NCBI GenBank assembly: GCA_042570545.1
Contig: JBHPGJ010000007.1
Coordinates: 275-64,274, forward strand
Direction: 5' to 3'
From: Patescibacteria group bacterium
Lineage (GTDB): Bacteria; Patescibacteriota; Patescibacteriia; JBHPGJ01
DNA length: 64,000 bases
The notes under the pieces are model-generated. The model saw only the letters and a list, made by a program, of their open reading frames with translations, made no database searches and was not told the DNA's origin. This document shows positions 39,091 through 49,276 of this stretch, piece after piece (positions within the stretch are counted from its first letter, which is position 1; every line of letters starts with the position of its first letter). Made by a program: the position numbers and the translations under genes.

Positions 39091-40881
39091 TTACTGAAGT
39101 GTTCCTTCGCCGTTTGGGTTGTATCCATTATGGACCTCTTCGCCGTCATTAAAACCATCAGCGTCAGTATCGGGATTATTCTCTTCGGTACCATATAATT
39201 GTTCATAAAATTCACTAAGCCCATCGTTATCTTCATCAAATACTAAACTGCCGTTATGGCCATTTCCATCCCAGGCATACTTGCCAACCTCACTGGCAAT
39301 AACATCACCCTCTAGGCAGAAGGTAATAGTAAAATAATCGCAACTTTCATCGCTGGTTTCGCAACTTTCCTTGTGATATCTGTCTTTGAAGGTTTGATAC
39401 CAATATTTATTGTCTTCAGCTGGGCAATTTTCACTTTCAGATTCAGGTGGAGTAAATACTACTGATATATAATCTCCAATATCTTCACCGGTCAGCTCTC
39501 GGCCGGCTGATGGCGGGTAAATGGAATTGTCATCATAATACAGTATCAAAGCTGTCATTAATTGGGCTACATCTGATTGTCTTCTGGCATCTCGGGTAGA
39601 AACCTCAAAGCCGGGGATAAACAATTCAAACAATTCTTCAAAAGTTTTTGAATTAGTTGGTTCAGTGACTACTATGCCATCGGTAACGGGAATAGTCGTC
39701 CCTATAACACTGGCTACGTATTCTAGGTTTTGAAATTTCTCGTTGTTGAAAGGGACGAAAGAAAAACTAGTGGAATAGCGTATCGGAAGACCGGTATTAT
39801 CAAGCCAGGCCTCGATAGTTAAAGCTTTATTTAGTTGTTCCATAGCGGTAATGTAATTTGGCTTAGATATTTCATCATAGGTAGATTGATCATACTCAAA
39901 GAGAGATTCATCTCCAAATTCTTCAGCCAAAGCCGTAGTTACATTCTTGTAAGTTTTGGCAGCCTTTTTGAAATTATAGCTGAAACGATAATGCTTAGTA
40001 GCCACGCCATTAATATTTTCACCACCGGTAGACTTTATGATTAAAAACCCGTCCTCGATAGTAATGGGAGCAATGATATTTAAGTACTTAATAACCAGAC
40101 CTGTCTGATCCTCGTTTTCAATAATAGATTGATCAAGACCAAGTCCCAATCCAAAAGATTCGGCACTACCTTGTTCAAACTTGATCCACTTATTGATTAT
40201 TGAGCTTATATCAAAATCCAATCCAGCTAAAAGGTCGCCAATTTCTAATGACTCAAGATTTAAATATAATACGTCGTTAACATTTTTGCCGAGTAAGGTC
40301 CCGCCGTAGGATTGCCCGCCACCAGAATAGTTTAAAGACAGAGTAAACTCACCATCACGCGGTGAGCTGTCAACTGATTGGAATCGGCCGGAAGCCGAAA
40401 ATAATATCTGGGCATCATTAGTTAAAAACCCGCCATACATATCTTCAATATCAGAATTATATTCAAAAGAATTATCTTCATCAATTAACTGGCTAAAATC
40501 TTCTAAAATTAAGGTGTCGGGGTTATTACGAGCAGTGGTTTTTAACGATAGTATGTTTTCATATTCATTATCACCAATCTTTTGGATACTTTCCATCATC
40601 TTGCCTAACAGCTGGGCATTTGAATTACTAATAAAAGGAATATTAATAGGCAATATACCCACCTGAGCTAAAATAATCGTAGCAATGCCAAGCCCCAGGA
40701 CAATCCCGATAATGAATATATATAGTTTCTTATGACTTTTTGGCTCTTTAGGTTGTGAAATTTCTTTTTTTTCCATATACAACATGCGAGTCCCCGGGTG
40801 ATGAGGACCGCCACCGGCAAGATCACCGCCTTTTTCATCAACGTGCTTGCTGTCGGTTTCTTTTGCCCAATCAATTGCCAT
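39091..40881 (-). CDS. Membrane-anchored surface protein with an internal pilin/GspG-like segment and C-terminal TSP3-like Ca-binding repeats
   Basis: N-terminal TM; RDARRQSDVAQLMTALILYYDDNSIYP; DEDNDGLS...DTDADGFNDGEEV; start trimmed to MAIDWAK. Confidence 0.7.
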   Translation of the reverse strand: MAIDWAKETDSKHVDEKGGDLAGGGPHHPGTRMLYMEKKEISQPKEPKSHKKLYIFIIGIVLGLGIATIILAQVGILPINIPFISNSNAQLLGKMMESIQKIGDNEYENILSLKTTARNNPDTLILEDFSQLIDEDNSFEYNSDIEDMYGGFLTNDAQILFSASGRFQSVDSSPRDGEFTLSLNYSGGGQSYGGTLLGKNVNDVLYLNLESLEIGDLLAGLDFDISSIINKWIKFEQGSAESFGLGLGLDQSIIENEDQTGLVIKYLNIIAPITIEDGFLIIKSTGGENINGVATKHYRFSYNFKKAAKTYKNVTTALAEEFGDESLFEYDQSTYDEISKPNYITAMEQLNKALTIEAWLDNTGLPIRYSTSFSFVPFNNEKFQNLEYVASVIGTTIPVTDGIVVTEPTNSKTFEELFELFIPGFEVSTRDARRQSDVAQLMTALILYYDDNSIYPPSAGRELTGEDIGDYISVVFTPPESESENCPAEDNKYWYQTFKDRYHKESCETSDESCDYFTITFCLEGDVIASEVGKYAWDGNGHNGSLVFDEDNDGLSEFYEQLYGTEENNPDTDADGFNDGEEVHNGYNPNGEGTLQ

Positions 40882-40976
40882 TGACTGTATTATCTCAAAA
40901 TTACAGTTAATTTTCAATTATTATAAAAATAAGCGGAGCCTGCTGACTTAACAGACCCCAGTGAACCGACGGTGAC

Positions 40977-41261
40977 TTAACCTTTCTCTGACTCCGGAAA
41001 AAGGTAATGATGAAAGACAACTTTTTTCCCTCGCACTGTGGCCAGAGAAAAATCCTGATCAGCGACAGCGGCAGCGACTTTTCTGATGCTTTTGAGCGGT
41101 AGATGTTTGGTGGTGGTGATTTCAACAATCACTTTTTCACCCCGGCGAGGAACGTCGACCAATGAGACCTTGGCCGTGCCCATCTCCCTTAATTGGGTAG
41201 GCAGATTTTCAGTCAAGTGACCAATGCGTTTAAGCTCGCTGGTTTCAGTATTTGCGCTCAT
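40977..41261 (-). CDS. Hypothetical protein
   Basis: 94-aa ORF with SD GAGGT; GC-richer codons. Confidence 0.65.
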   Translation of the reverse strand: MSANTETSELKRIGHLTENLPTQLREMGTAKVSLVDVPRRGEKVIVEITTTKHLPLKSIRKVAAAVADQDFSLATVRGKKVVFHHYLFPESEKG

Positions 41262-41363
41262 TGATACCTCAGCAGTAAAAGAAAGAGAACAATCGGGTGA
41301 ACCAATTTAGGAGTTCGTCAATAATAGCTGAATATTAAATTATGGTCAAGAATATAGTTGTTT

Positions 41364-41567
41364 CTAACTCAGCGCTATGGCCAACAAGGCTAATAGTAAT
41401 ATTACTATTACAATTACTAGGCCGGCTACCAAGGCGGCGCTGCTGGCATTCTTAACTTTCTTCTCTCCTGATTCAAGCAGCTCTTCTTTAGGAGCCGGTG
41501 GTAGTTCATACTCTGGCTCTAGATCTGGTGGCGGCTGGGCTTTTTTAGATAACTGTTTTAGGGGCAT
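41364..41567 (-). CDS. Small protein with a Pro-rich N terminus and a C-terminal TM
   Basis: Start overlaps the udg stop; hydrophobic tail. Confidence 0.65.
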   Translation of the reverse strand: MPLKQLSKKAQPPPDLEPEYELPPAPKEELLESGEKKVKNASSAALVAGLVIVIVILLLALLAIALS

Positions 41568-42145
41568 TATTTTTCTTTCTTAATTTTTTCAATAATTTTG
41601 GGAATCTTCTTAAAATCACTTATATGAATTTCTCGCTGACTGCCTTGATATAAAGCAGCCGCCGGATGATACAAAGGTAGAATTACGTAGACATCCAAGT
41701 TGGGCGTAATGATTTTTTTGGGCTGCCCGTGAACAGCAGAGATCTTTTCTCCCGGCAGAAAATAGTTTAGTGAATGTCTTCCCAGGGTAGCAACGACCAA
41801 CGGCTGAATGATAGCCAGCTGTCTTTCTAAATAGGGAACACAGGTTAAAATCTCATTTTCTTCCGGATCGCGATTATTTGGTGGGCGGTGTTTAACTACA
41901 TTACCAATAAAAACGTCAGTTCTTTTTAAACCGATATGATCAAGCATTTCCTCAAGAAATTTACCGGCCGCACCAACAAAAGGTCGGCCTTGATCATCTT
42001 CTTTTTGGCCGGGTCCCTCACCGACGAACATTATTTCCGTCTTAGGATTGCCTTCACCCGGAACGGGATTTTGCGCTTTTTCATGAAGGGGACACTTTTT
42101 ACATTGTGCCACTTCTTGGGCTATTTTTTCCAATGTATCTGGCAT
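41567..42145 (-). CDS. udg: Family 4 uracil-DNA glycosylase
   Basis: C..C.L Fe-S ligands, GEGPG, GRPFVG, K.RPPNNR and YHPAA motifs. Confidence 0.94.
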   Translation of the reverse strand: MPDTLEKIAQEVAQCKKCPLHEKAQNPVPGEGNPKTEIMFVGEGPGQKEDDQGRPFVGAAGKFLEEMLDHIGLKRTDVFIGNVVKHRPPNNRDPEENEILTCVPYLERQLAIIQPLVVATLGRHSLNYFLPGEKISAVHGQPKKIITPNLDVYVILPLYHPAAALYQGSQREIHISDFKKIPKIIEKIKKEK

Positions 42146-42247
42146 AAATATATTGTACTACAAGTTTAAGTTTGACAAAAAACTTCATTGCCACAATAAT
42201 ACTTTCACTATTGTTCGTATTACCTTTCAATTTGGGGAGGGTTAGCC

Positions 42248-42529
42248 TTGAAGCAGGAATCGTTATATTACCGCTACCTCAAGTCACTGGTTAAATTCGC
42301 TCTTGGGCTTTGGCTCATTCAATTATTGCACCATCTTCAGCTGCCCGGCACATTCACCGCACCTTGGACGACTTACGCCATGATTTACTTGATTGGTTTG
42401 CTACCCGGTCTCAGCCTGTTTTACTTCCACCGCCATTCGTATAAATATGGCGGGAGAGCCGAGGACGCTACCCTGTTGATTTTTTTCCCGTTACCGGTTT
42501 TGTTCTTCATCCTGAACCCGGACCTATGA
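42248..42529 (+). CDS. Small membrane protein
   Basis: SD GGAGG before TTG; about 3 hydrophobic segments; upstream TTGACA...AATAAT. Confidence 0.55.
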   Translation: MKQESLYYRYLKSLVKFALGLWLIQLLHHLQLPGTFTAPWTTYAMIYLIGLLPGLSLFYFHRHSYKYGGRAEDATLLIFFPLPVLFFILNPDL

Positions 42530-42583
42530 CTTATAGCCGGGATTCACTTTCATTTCTTTAGCTCTCCTCGTGAGAGCTTTATT

Positions 42584-43273
42584 TTATCCAGCAAGTAGAG
42601 ATTTTTTTGTTATTATTTTACTTAGTATAGTGGGGGACTTTTCTACTAAAACCATGTCTTCAATGCGTATGCCACCCCAACCCTTTAAATAAATACCCGG
42701 CTCGACAGTGACAACGTCACCAGAATTAATTGTGACATTTCTTTTTCTAGTCGAAGACAACCATGGGGGCTGGTGAATCAATTTACCAAGTCCATGACCG
42801 GTGCCATGACGGAAGGCTTTTTTGAAACCTTGTCGATTGATTAGTCGGCGAGCAGCTAAATCAATATCCTTGCCATTAAGACTACTATTTAATTTATTAA
42901 TCGCAACTTGCTGAGCTCTAAGCACCAGCTGGTGTAGTTTAATAAATTTTTTATCGGGCTGACCAAAGTAAAAAGTTCGGGTTAAATCAGTACACCAACC
43001 ATCAACTTTAAAACCAAAATCTATCAAAACTATTTGATTATTTTCCAATCTTTTGTGAGCCGGTTTGTGGTGCGGATAATATGAATTTGTACCAAATGCA
43101 ATTATTGGCCGAAAAGCCATATGTTTGTAGCCCAGTCTTTTAGTAAAGGCGATAAGCTTGTGTTCAACTTCTTTCTCGGTAATACCCACAACTAACTGCT
43201 TTTTAATATAAAACAATATCCGATTCATTATTGGGGCACCTTGTCGGATAGCTTTAATTTGACTGTGGTTCAT
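42584..43273 (-). CDS. M24 Xaa-Pro aminopeptidase (catalytic domain only)
   Basis: IDFG, DLTRT, HGTGHGLG..IH, VEPGIY and RIED motifs. Confidence 0.9.
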   Translation of the reverse strand: MNHSQIKAIRQGAPIMNRILFYIKKQLVVGITEKEVEHKLIAFTKRLGYKHMAFRPIIAFGTNSYYPHHKPAHKRLENNQIVLIDFGFKVDGWCTDLTRTFYFGQPDKKFIKLHQLVLRAQQVAINKLNSSLNGKDIDLAARRLINRQGFKKAFRHGTGHGLGKLIHQPPWLSSTRKRNVTINSGDVVTVEPGIYLKGWGGIRIEDMVLVEKSPTILSKIITKKSLLAG

Positions 43274-43659
43274 GAATTATTTAAAATCTTTTTTGTTTCA
43301 GCAATGTCTAATTCTATCCGCTTGATTAATCCTGGCAGATTTTTAAAATCCTGCATCGGACGGATTTTTTTAACAATCTCAGCCGAAATCTCCTTACCGA
43401 GTATGTCCTGATTGAAATCAATAAAATAGATTTCTAGCTTAATCATAGTACTGATAAATTTATGACGGGCCCCAACAATAACAACCGCTGGTACAGGCTG
43501 ACCATCAGCAATACGGCCCCAAGCGGCGTATATGCCGGGATTTAGATCGAGATCACTAATAAGCCGGGGTGTCAGGTTTGCCGTGGGGTAGCCCATTTTA
43601 TGACCCAATCCTTCGCCCTCAATTACCCGACCAGTTATTACTATATTTTTATTTGACAT
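43270..43659 (-). CDS. Stand-alone riboflavin kinase domain
   Basis: G.VIEG.G.G..MGYPTAN, GIYA and IRP...F motifs; start trimmed to MSNKNIV. Confidence 0.85.
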   Translation of the reverse strand: MSNKNIVITGRVIEGEGLGHKMGYPTANLTPRLISDLDLNPGIYAAWGRIADGQPVPAVVIVGARHKFISTMIKLEIYFIDFNQDILGKEISAEIVKKIRPMQDFKNLPGLIKRIELDIAETKKILNNS

Positions 43660-44143
43660 CGTAAAAAGTTGTTTCTCCTGATAGCAAATCAATAACGGCA
43701 AAAGTTGGTAGTTGCATAACGCCGCCAGCTGTACCGGGATTGACTATCTTAGTATCGCCTATTGTTTCTTCGGATTTCTCATGATTATGACCAAAGAAGA
43801 CATAATCATATTTGCTGGTAGCCGCAGCGTGTTCGGCATTAATTGGGTAGTGCACCATAAAGATTTTTTTGTCGGTAATTTCTACCTCAGCCTCACGTCC
43901 ATGGAGAGTAAAGTTTTTAAACTCAGCTGTTTTTTGAGCAGTTAAAAAAGGATCACCATCAACGTTGCCAAAAATATGATCGATCTTACCAGGGAATGTT
44001 TTGGCCATATGAACAGCAGCAATAGGTGAGCAGGTGTCGCCCATAAATAGGACTCGGTCTATTTTTAAGTCCTTAAGTTTTTGATTTATCTTATCCCATT
44101 CCGGGAGGTGATCGTGAAGATCAGATACTAAACCTATTTCCAT
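43649..44143 (-). CDS. YfcE-family metallophosphoesterase
   Basis: SDLH, GD, GNVD, GHNH and NPG motifs. Confidence 0.92.
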   Translation of the reverse strand: MEIGLVSDLHDHLPEWDKINQKLKDLKIDRVLFMGDTCSPIAAVHMAKTFPGKIDHIFGNVDGDPFLTAQKTAEFKNFTLHGREAEVEITDKKIFMVHYPINAEHAAATSKYDYVFFGHNHEKSEETIGDTKIVNPGTAGGVMQLPTFAVIDLLSGETTFYDVK

Positions 44144-44150
44144 ATAACTA

Positions 44151-45035
44151 TTATAGAGAAATTATGAATATTCCGCTAATAATAAAAATAATGGCGATAA
44201 TTTTTTGCCATACAACCCTTTTGTTGATTTGCTCTTCCATAAGCTCCGGTCTGAGCCTATGAAGTATTATGGCAAAAATAAAGATAAACAAATATTGAAT
44301 CGAACTAACAGCTGAGGTTAGAGAAACAAACCACGCTCCCGCGGCAATTAGATAAGCCAAGGAAGCAATAGCTGCTATAAATTCATTTAACCACTGCAGA
44401 CCTACAAATTTCTTTTTTTCTTTCCAAAAAGCACTGATTTGATTAAAGAAATAAATTGTCAATCCAGTTCCGATAATTCCTTCAAAAATAAACTGGTAAC
44501 TCATGAGTGATATCACTGAATAAAAATCCAATAAATACTTATTAACTACCCAAATGAAGGCCCACAAAAAACTAGCACTAATAATATATCCGATAGCCCG
44601 GCTCCTAAAAGGAGAAAATATATTATTCCGAGAAGATATTATCCAGGTGCCAATGACAATTATTCCAATGCCCAAATAAGTTATGAGCCTGAAAACCTCG
44701 CCCAGAAATATTGCACTCATTAGAGTTATAAAAATGGTAATAAAACTAAAAAGTGGCACAATTCGGGATGGTTCCTCAATTTTTATGGCTGCAAAATACA
44801 GTGTAGCAGCAATGAATGTGATGACGGCATTCAGAAGGAATAAGAGTAAATGACCAAAATAAACAGACTCGACAAACGGTAACATTAGAATGCCAAATAC
44901 AAATACAATCAAACTGCCAAAAACAACAACCAATAGCGGTCTGGTTATGTGCTTGCCGACTACAACCTTATCTATAACATTAGTCACGGCATATAGAAAA
45001 CCTGAAATTACTGCGAAAATAATTCCGGTAACCAT
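44151..45035 (-). CDS. EamA/DMT-family transporter
   Basis: About 10 TMs in two repeats; A.K.EE.S...P.......FLGE pattern. Confidence 0.85.
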   Translation of the reverse strand: MVTGIIFAVISGFLYAVTNVIDKVVVGKHITRPLLVVVFGSLIVFVFGILMLPFVESVYFGHLLLFLLNAVITFIAATLYFAAIKIEEPSRIVPLFSFITIFITLMSAIFLGEVFRLITYLGIGIIVIGTWIISSRNNIFSPFRSRAIGYIISASFLWAFIWVVNKYLLDFYSVISLMSYQFIFEGIIGTGLTIYFFNQISAFWKEKKKFVGLQWLNEFIAAIASLAYLIAAGAWFVSLTSAVSSIQYLFIFIFAIILHRLRPELMEEQINKRVVWQKIIAIIFIISGIFIISL

Positions 45036-45706
45036 TATTGAAGTTCCTTTGGCTTAAACCGGCTTGATAAATATATAAAGGGCGTATCTAGGCCGGCTAC
45101 TATAATTTTGATCAACCAAGTAAATAATATTAATTCAAACAGATCGGGAAACACACCCGCGAAAGCAATTAAGGTAAAAATAGTAGAATCTATCACTTGG
45201 GAAATAATAGTAGAGCCCAGGTTTCTTAGCCATAACCAGCGTCCTCGGGATCTTTCTTTTATCCAGTGGAATAACCAGACATCTAAATTTTGACTTAACA
45301 AATAGGCGATTAACGAACCCAAGACGATCCTTGGCGTCAATGTAAATATTGTTTCAAATGCACCCTGGGCAAAATCGAAATCAGCCGGCATAAAGCGACT
45401 GATGAACTGAGACATGATCAAAAAGAACAAAGCCACGTAAAAACCGATCATCACCGCTCGACGGGCTTCCTTCTTGCCATAATGTTCAGCTAATAGATCA
45501 GTCGCTAAAAAGATCGAGGCATAAACCACGTTCCCGCCAGTGGCGGCTAAGCCAAACAAATACATACCCTTGACCACAAAGATATTTGCCAGGATAACAT
45601 TAGCAGCGATTAAGCCAATCAGCCATACTTTGCCTAGTCGAAAAGCCGCCAGCACAAAAGTCAGACTGATTAGACTCATTAAAATAAATAGCCATTCATT
45701 ACTCAT
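45035..45706 (-). CDS. yhhQ: Queuosine precursor transporter (Vut_1)
   Basis: ANIFVVK, FLATDLLAEHYGK, RIVLGSLIAY, WLRN.GST..SQ.ID and DTPF motifs. Confidence 0.92.
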   Translation of the reverse strand: MSNEWLFILMSLISLTFVLAAFRLGKVWLIGLIAANVILANIFVVKGMYLFGLAATGGNVVYASIFLATDLLAEHYGKKEARRAVMIGFYVALFFLIMSQFISRFMPADFDFAQGAFETIFTLTPRIVLGSLIAYLLSQNLDVWLFHWIKERSRGRWLWLRNLGSTIISQVIDSTIFTLIAFAGVFPDLFELILFTWLIKIIVAGLDTPFIYLSSRFKPKELQ

Positions 45707-46299
45707 ATCAAACGTTTGACTAGTTTATTAATTTGCGAAGCGAGCGGTTTATTAGTGTTGATAGTAGCAAAATAATTTATCTTTTTTTTATTTTTTTCAT
45801 ATATCTTTTTACGGTTAAAGTATAATTTCACATCAGCTAACTCGCCAAATTCAAGCAGGCCATCCTTAAGGTGCTGTCGTTTATTAATTCTACGCAGGAT
45901 TTCTGATTCGGGACAAGTGATATGAAGCCAGATCATCTTGGTCTTATGTTTTTTTGCTAATCTTACAAAGCTTTGTCTATTATTTTGGCCTAAGTTTCCA
46001 GCGTCAATCAAGACGCTAATATTTTGACCTAACAGATCTAAAACAGTACCTGATACAATCCGCTTTACTCTTTTAATGGTATTGTATTTATGTCCGAATT
46101 TTTTTATTATCATTGTTCGCGGTATGTCGGTTCTTAATACCACCACCGGTATTTTTTTAGCAATAAGCTGAGCGACGGTTGATTTACCGCTGCCAATTTT
46201 TCCGAATAAACCAATCATTAGGGGAGGTCTAAGTTTCTGCCGGGGAACTTTTATTGTTTTTTCAAACTGTCGACACAGATTTTTTTCATCTACTGTCAT
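45703..46299 (-). CDS. P-loop kinase (AAA_33 family)
   Basis: GKIGSGKST, D..R, VLIDA and lid R...R motifs. Confidence 0.82.
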   Translation of the reverse strand: MTVDEKNLCRQFEKTIKVPRQKLRPPLMIGLFGKIGSGKSTVAQLIAKKIPVVVLRTDIPRTMIIKKFGHKYNTIKRVKRIVSGTVLDLLGQNISVLIDAGNLGQNNRQSFVRLAKKHKTKMIWLHITCPESEILRRINKRQHLKDGLLEFGELADVKLYFNRKKIYEKNKKKINYFATINTNKPLASQINKLVKRLI

Positions 46300-46855
46300 C
46301 TAATACCCTTTCAATTACTCTGACAGCTGCCGTATAACCATAGTGCATTAATATTTGATTTGTTTCTAAGCCATATTTAATGGCTAATTTATTATGCGTC
46401 GAAGGAAACGGCCGGCGCATTCTTTCTCGTAATTCTGATGAATCATAAGCCTTACCGCGCTGTTTCTTTTTATATTTGAAACAATCTTTAGTATTACGGA
46501 TTAGAAAAAAGATATTAATTTTAACTTGTAATTTTAACCTGGCAATATTTTTCATATTTAATTCTGGATGACTAATACCAATTTCAATAATGTCCCGGTC
46601 ACGAACAACTTTACTAACATACTTATAAAAGTTATTGTAAGCTTTTTTTATTTGGGCGGGACTAATTTTGCCGTTGATTATGCCAACACGCTTTACAAAA
46701 GGATAGACGTCAAGCTGGCGATAACCGCGGTTATTTTTCCGCCAATGCCCAATCAAGGTGCTTTTGCCAGCACCCGGTCGGGCAATTATAACCAATAAAT
46801 TAGGCTTTATCGCGGAACTTTTTAAGTATTTTAATGTCGTTGATTTCTTTACCAT
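46286..46855 (-). CDS. P-loop NTPase/kinase-like protein
   Basis: ARPGAGKST Walker A motif; start uncertain. Confidence 0.6.
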   Translation of the reverse strand: MVKKSTTLKYLKSSAIKPNLLVIIARPGAGKSTLIGHWRKNNRGYRQLDVYPFVKRVGIINGKISPAQIKKAYNNFYKYVSKVVRDRDIIEIGISHPELNMKNIARLKLQVKINIFFLIRNTKDCFKYKKKQRGKAYDSSELRERMRRPFPSTHNKLAIKYGLETNQILMHYGYTAAVRVIERVLDDSR

Positions 46856-47648
46856 CCTTAGGTGTCTCCAGTATCATATTTATGTTTTTCAGCTTGGGGT
46901 GATTGATTATTGCTTTAAAACTTTCTGGTCCAATCTTTCCCTGACCAATATGCTCGTGCCTATCTCTATGTTGGCCCAGGTCAAATTTTGAATCATTAGC
47001 ATGGAAAAGTTTTAATCTATCTAGGCCTATCTTTTTATCAAATTCCCTGAAAGTTTTATTCACCCCAACCTTGGTTCTGATATCATACCCCGAAGCAAAG
47101 GCATGACAAGTGTCAAAACAGACGCCAATTTTTCCTTTATAATTATTATTTTTTTCCACCCCTTTTATATAAGCTGCAATATCTTCATAAGTATCACCCA
47201 ATATTTGCCCGGCCCCGGCTGACATTTCTATTAAAAATTGCGTTGATCCGGTATAGCCGTCAAGTATCAATTGGAGCGTCTCTATTACTTGTTTGGTGGC
47301 ATCTTTCTCGCCTAAGTATTTAGCCGTACCTAGATGTGTCATTATATATTTAACCCCCAACAGTGATCCTCTCTCCAGCTCTTCCCGAATGACTTTGACA
47401 GAACCATATTTTACATTTTTTTTCTCTGCCCCAAGATTTATATAATATGGGGTATGAATATAAGATTCTAAATCCCACTTTTTAGAATCAGCCTGGAACT
47501 TCTTAATTATCTCATCGGTAATCTTTGGCGCGGCTCCACCGCGTGGAGAGCGTGAAAATATTTGAAAACACTCGCCGCCAATTTCGTGAGCACGAATCGG
47601 AGTGTCGGCTATGGAGCCGGCCGCTGATACATGATATCCAAATTTCAT
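46800..47648 (-). CDS. nfo: Endonuclease IV
   Basis: G.HVS, QIFSRSPR, HTPY.INL, DTCHAFASG, HANDSK, DRHEHIG and ETP motifs. Confidence 0.96.
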   Translation of the reverse strand: MKFGYHVSAAGSIADTPIRAHEIGGECFQIFSRSPRGGAAPKITDEIIKKFQADSKKWDLESYIHTPYYINLGAEKKNVKYGSVKVIREELERGSLLGVKYIMTHLGTAKYLGEKDATKQVIETLQLILDGYTGSTQFLIEMSAGAGQILGDTYEDIAAYIKGVEKNNNYKGKIGVCFDTCHAFASGYDIRTKVGVNKTFREFDKKIGLDRLKLFHANDSKFDLGQHRDRHEHIGQGKIGPESFKAIINHPKLKNINMILETPKDGKEINDIKILKKFRDKA

Positions 47649-48932
47649 TTATTTTATTGTCTGGCTTCTTAGAAATTGTATCACTTTACGATTAGCCAGT
47701 AAATTTTCTACATATTGCCGATACGCCGGCGTCTCAATTTTTTTTTGAATATCAGGATCATTTTCGTAGCGCTTTTTGGTCTCCTCGGTCTCTTTTTTAA
47801 TCTCCTCGGCTGATACTTCAACTTTTTCTTCTTGCGCAATATGACGTATTAACAAAGCGGCCTTTACTCGTTTTTCAGCCTGTGGCCTAAACTCTTTCAG
47901 CAGGTCGTCTTTGGTTTTTTTTATACTTTCCAAATATTTACCCCACTCCATACCACGACTGGCAACCTCCGATTCTAACTCGGCTAACATTTTATCAATT
48001 TCCGATTCCAGCATTATGTCCGGCAACTCGCCAAACTTGGTGCGCTCAGCAAGTTCATTAACAATCGCTTCCTCAAAGCCGCGATCGGCTCGATTATTGG
48101 CTTCGTCTTTAAGGTTTTCTGAAATCTTTTTTCGAAAAGTGCTGACATTACCTAAATCACCAAGTTGTTTTACAAAATCATCGTTAAACTCCGGTAGTTT
48201 TACCTCAAATATTTTATGCATCGTAACTTTAAAGTCAGCTTTTTGACCAGCTAAGTTATTTGCTTGATAATCCTTGGGAAAAGTAAGCTGAAACTCTTTG
48301 GTTTGGCCCTTGATCATGCCAACTAAATTATCTTCAAAACCGGAGATGAAATTTCCCTCGCCAATCACTAGCGGGTGATTTTTACTAGCGCCACCGTCGA
48401 TCTGAACCTTATCTCGCGATACAGTAAAATCGATTTCAACAAAGTCCCCACTTTGGGCTGGACGATCAATTGGGTTGTGTGTGGCCCGCATTTTACGCAG
48501 CTGATCAATTGCTTTCTCAACGTCCTTATCTTCGACTTTAATATCTTCCCGCCTAGCCTTAATATCTTTATAGTCAGCCAACTCAACTGATGGCAATAGG
48601 GCCACTGTCGCCTTATAAATAAACGGATTGTTTGGCGCCATTTTTATTATCTCAATTTTTGGCTGACCAACTACATATATTTTAGACTCAATAACAGCTT
48701 GCGGATAAGTTTTTTCAATAATTAATTGCGAAGCTTCCTGATAAATAGCCGCTTCGCCTACCTTTTTGGCCACTACTTCATAATTAGCCTTACCCGGCCG
48801 AAAGCCGGTAATTTTTACATCATTAGATATGTTGGCCGTTGCCTTATCCAACTGGGATTTTATCTCTTCGGCTGACAACTCAACCGTTAGTTCGATTTGG
48901 CTTTTAGGCAGTTCTTTGGTTGTGGTTTTCAT
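47649..48932 (-). CDS. tig: Trigger factor
   Basis: GFRPGKA signature, FKBP domain (FI.GFE..LVGM, FPKDY) and C-terminal domain. Confidence 0.96.
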   Translation of the reverse strand: MKTTTKELPKSQIELTVELSAEEIKSQLDKATANISNDVKITGFRPGKANYEVVAKKVGEAAIYQEASQLIIEKTYPQAVIESKIYVVGQPKIEIIKMAPNNPFIYKATVALLPSVELADYKDIKARREDIKVEDKDVEKAIDQLRKMRATHNPIDRPAQSGDFVEIDFTVSRDKVQIDGGASKNHPLVIGEGNFISGFEDNLVGMIKGQTKEFQLTFPKDYQANNLAGQKADFKVTMHKIFEVKLPEFNDDFVKQLGDLGNVSTFRKKISENLKDEANNRADRGFEEAIVNELAERTKFGELPDIMLESEIDKMLAELESEVASRGMEWGKYLESIKKTKDDLLKEFRPQAEKRVKAALLIRHIAQEEKVEVSAEEIKKETEETKKRYENDPDIQKKIETPAYRQYVENLLANRKVIQFLRSQTIK

Positions 48933-48994
48933 AGGATTAGGAAGTTAATAAAGTATCAGCCAGTATAACGGAGCAAGGCTTATAAATCAAGAAT

Positions 48995-49023
48995 TTGACT
49001 ATAAATTTATTTTGTATTAATAT
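48995..49023 (+). promoter_or_regulatory. Sigma-70-type promoter
   Basis: TTGACT-N17-TAATAT upstream of the riboswitch-like leader. Confidence 0.6.
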
Positions 49024-49050
49024 AGTTACCAACATTCCTTGAAAACCAGT

Positions 49051-49184
49051 AGTTATCAAGATGACGTTGAAAAAGCGGCTTTCGGTGCCGCAAGTATACG
49101 TCAACCAACCCCGCCTCTATAATTTATAGAGGGAGTCATAATTTGTGTGGGTGGTAAATCCGAATCCGAATATCGGAGATAATT
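49051..49184 (+). promoter_or_regulatory. SAM-I-family riboswitch aptamer (variant)
   Basis: P1 AGTTATC/GATAATT, J1/2 AAGA, P2 TGACGT/ACGTCA, P3 CCAACC...GGTGG with AA/U internal loop, J3/4 TAAAT, P4 CCGA/TCGG. Confidence 0.7.
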
Positions 49185-49207
49185 GCAGGTGGGGCAATGA
49201 CCATTAA

Positions 49208-49243
49208 GACTTCTTCGATGTTCGGAGAAGTTGTTTTGTTTTT
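49208..49243 (+). terminator. Intrinsic terminator (riboswitch expression platform)
   Basis: GACTTCTTCGA-TGT-TCGGAGAAGTT followed by GTTTTGTTTTT, upstream of the 49277 start. Confidence 0.75.
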
Positions 49244-49276
49244 ACCTTTTGAGAACCACGAACAGGAGGTAGTGAA

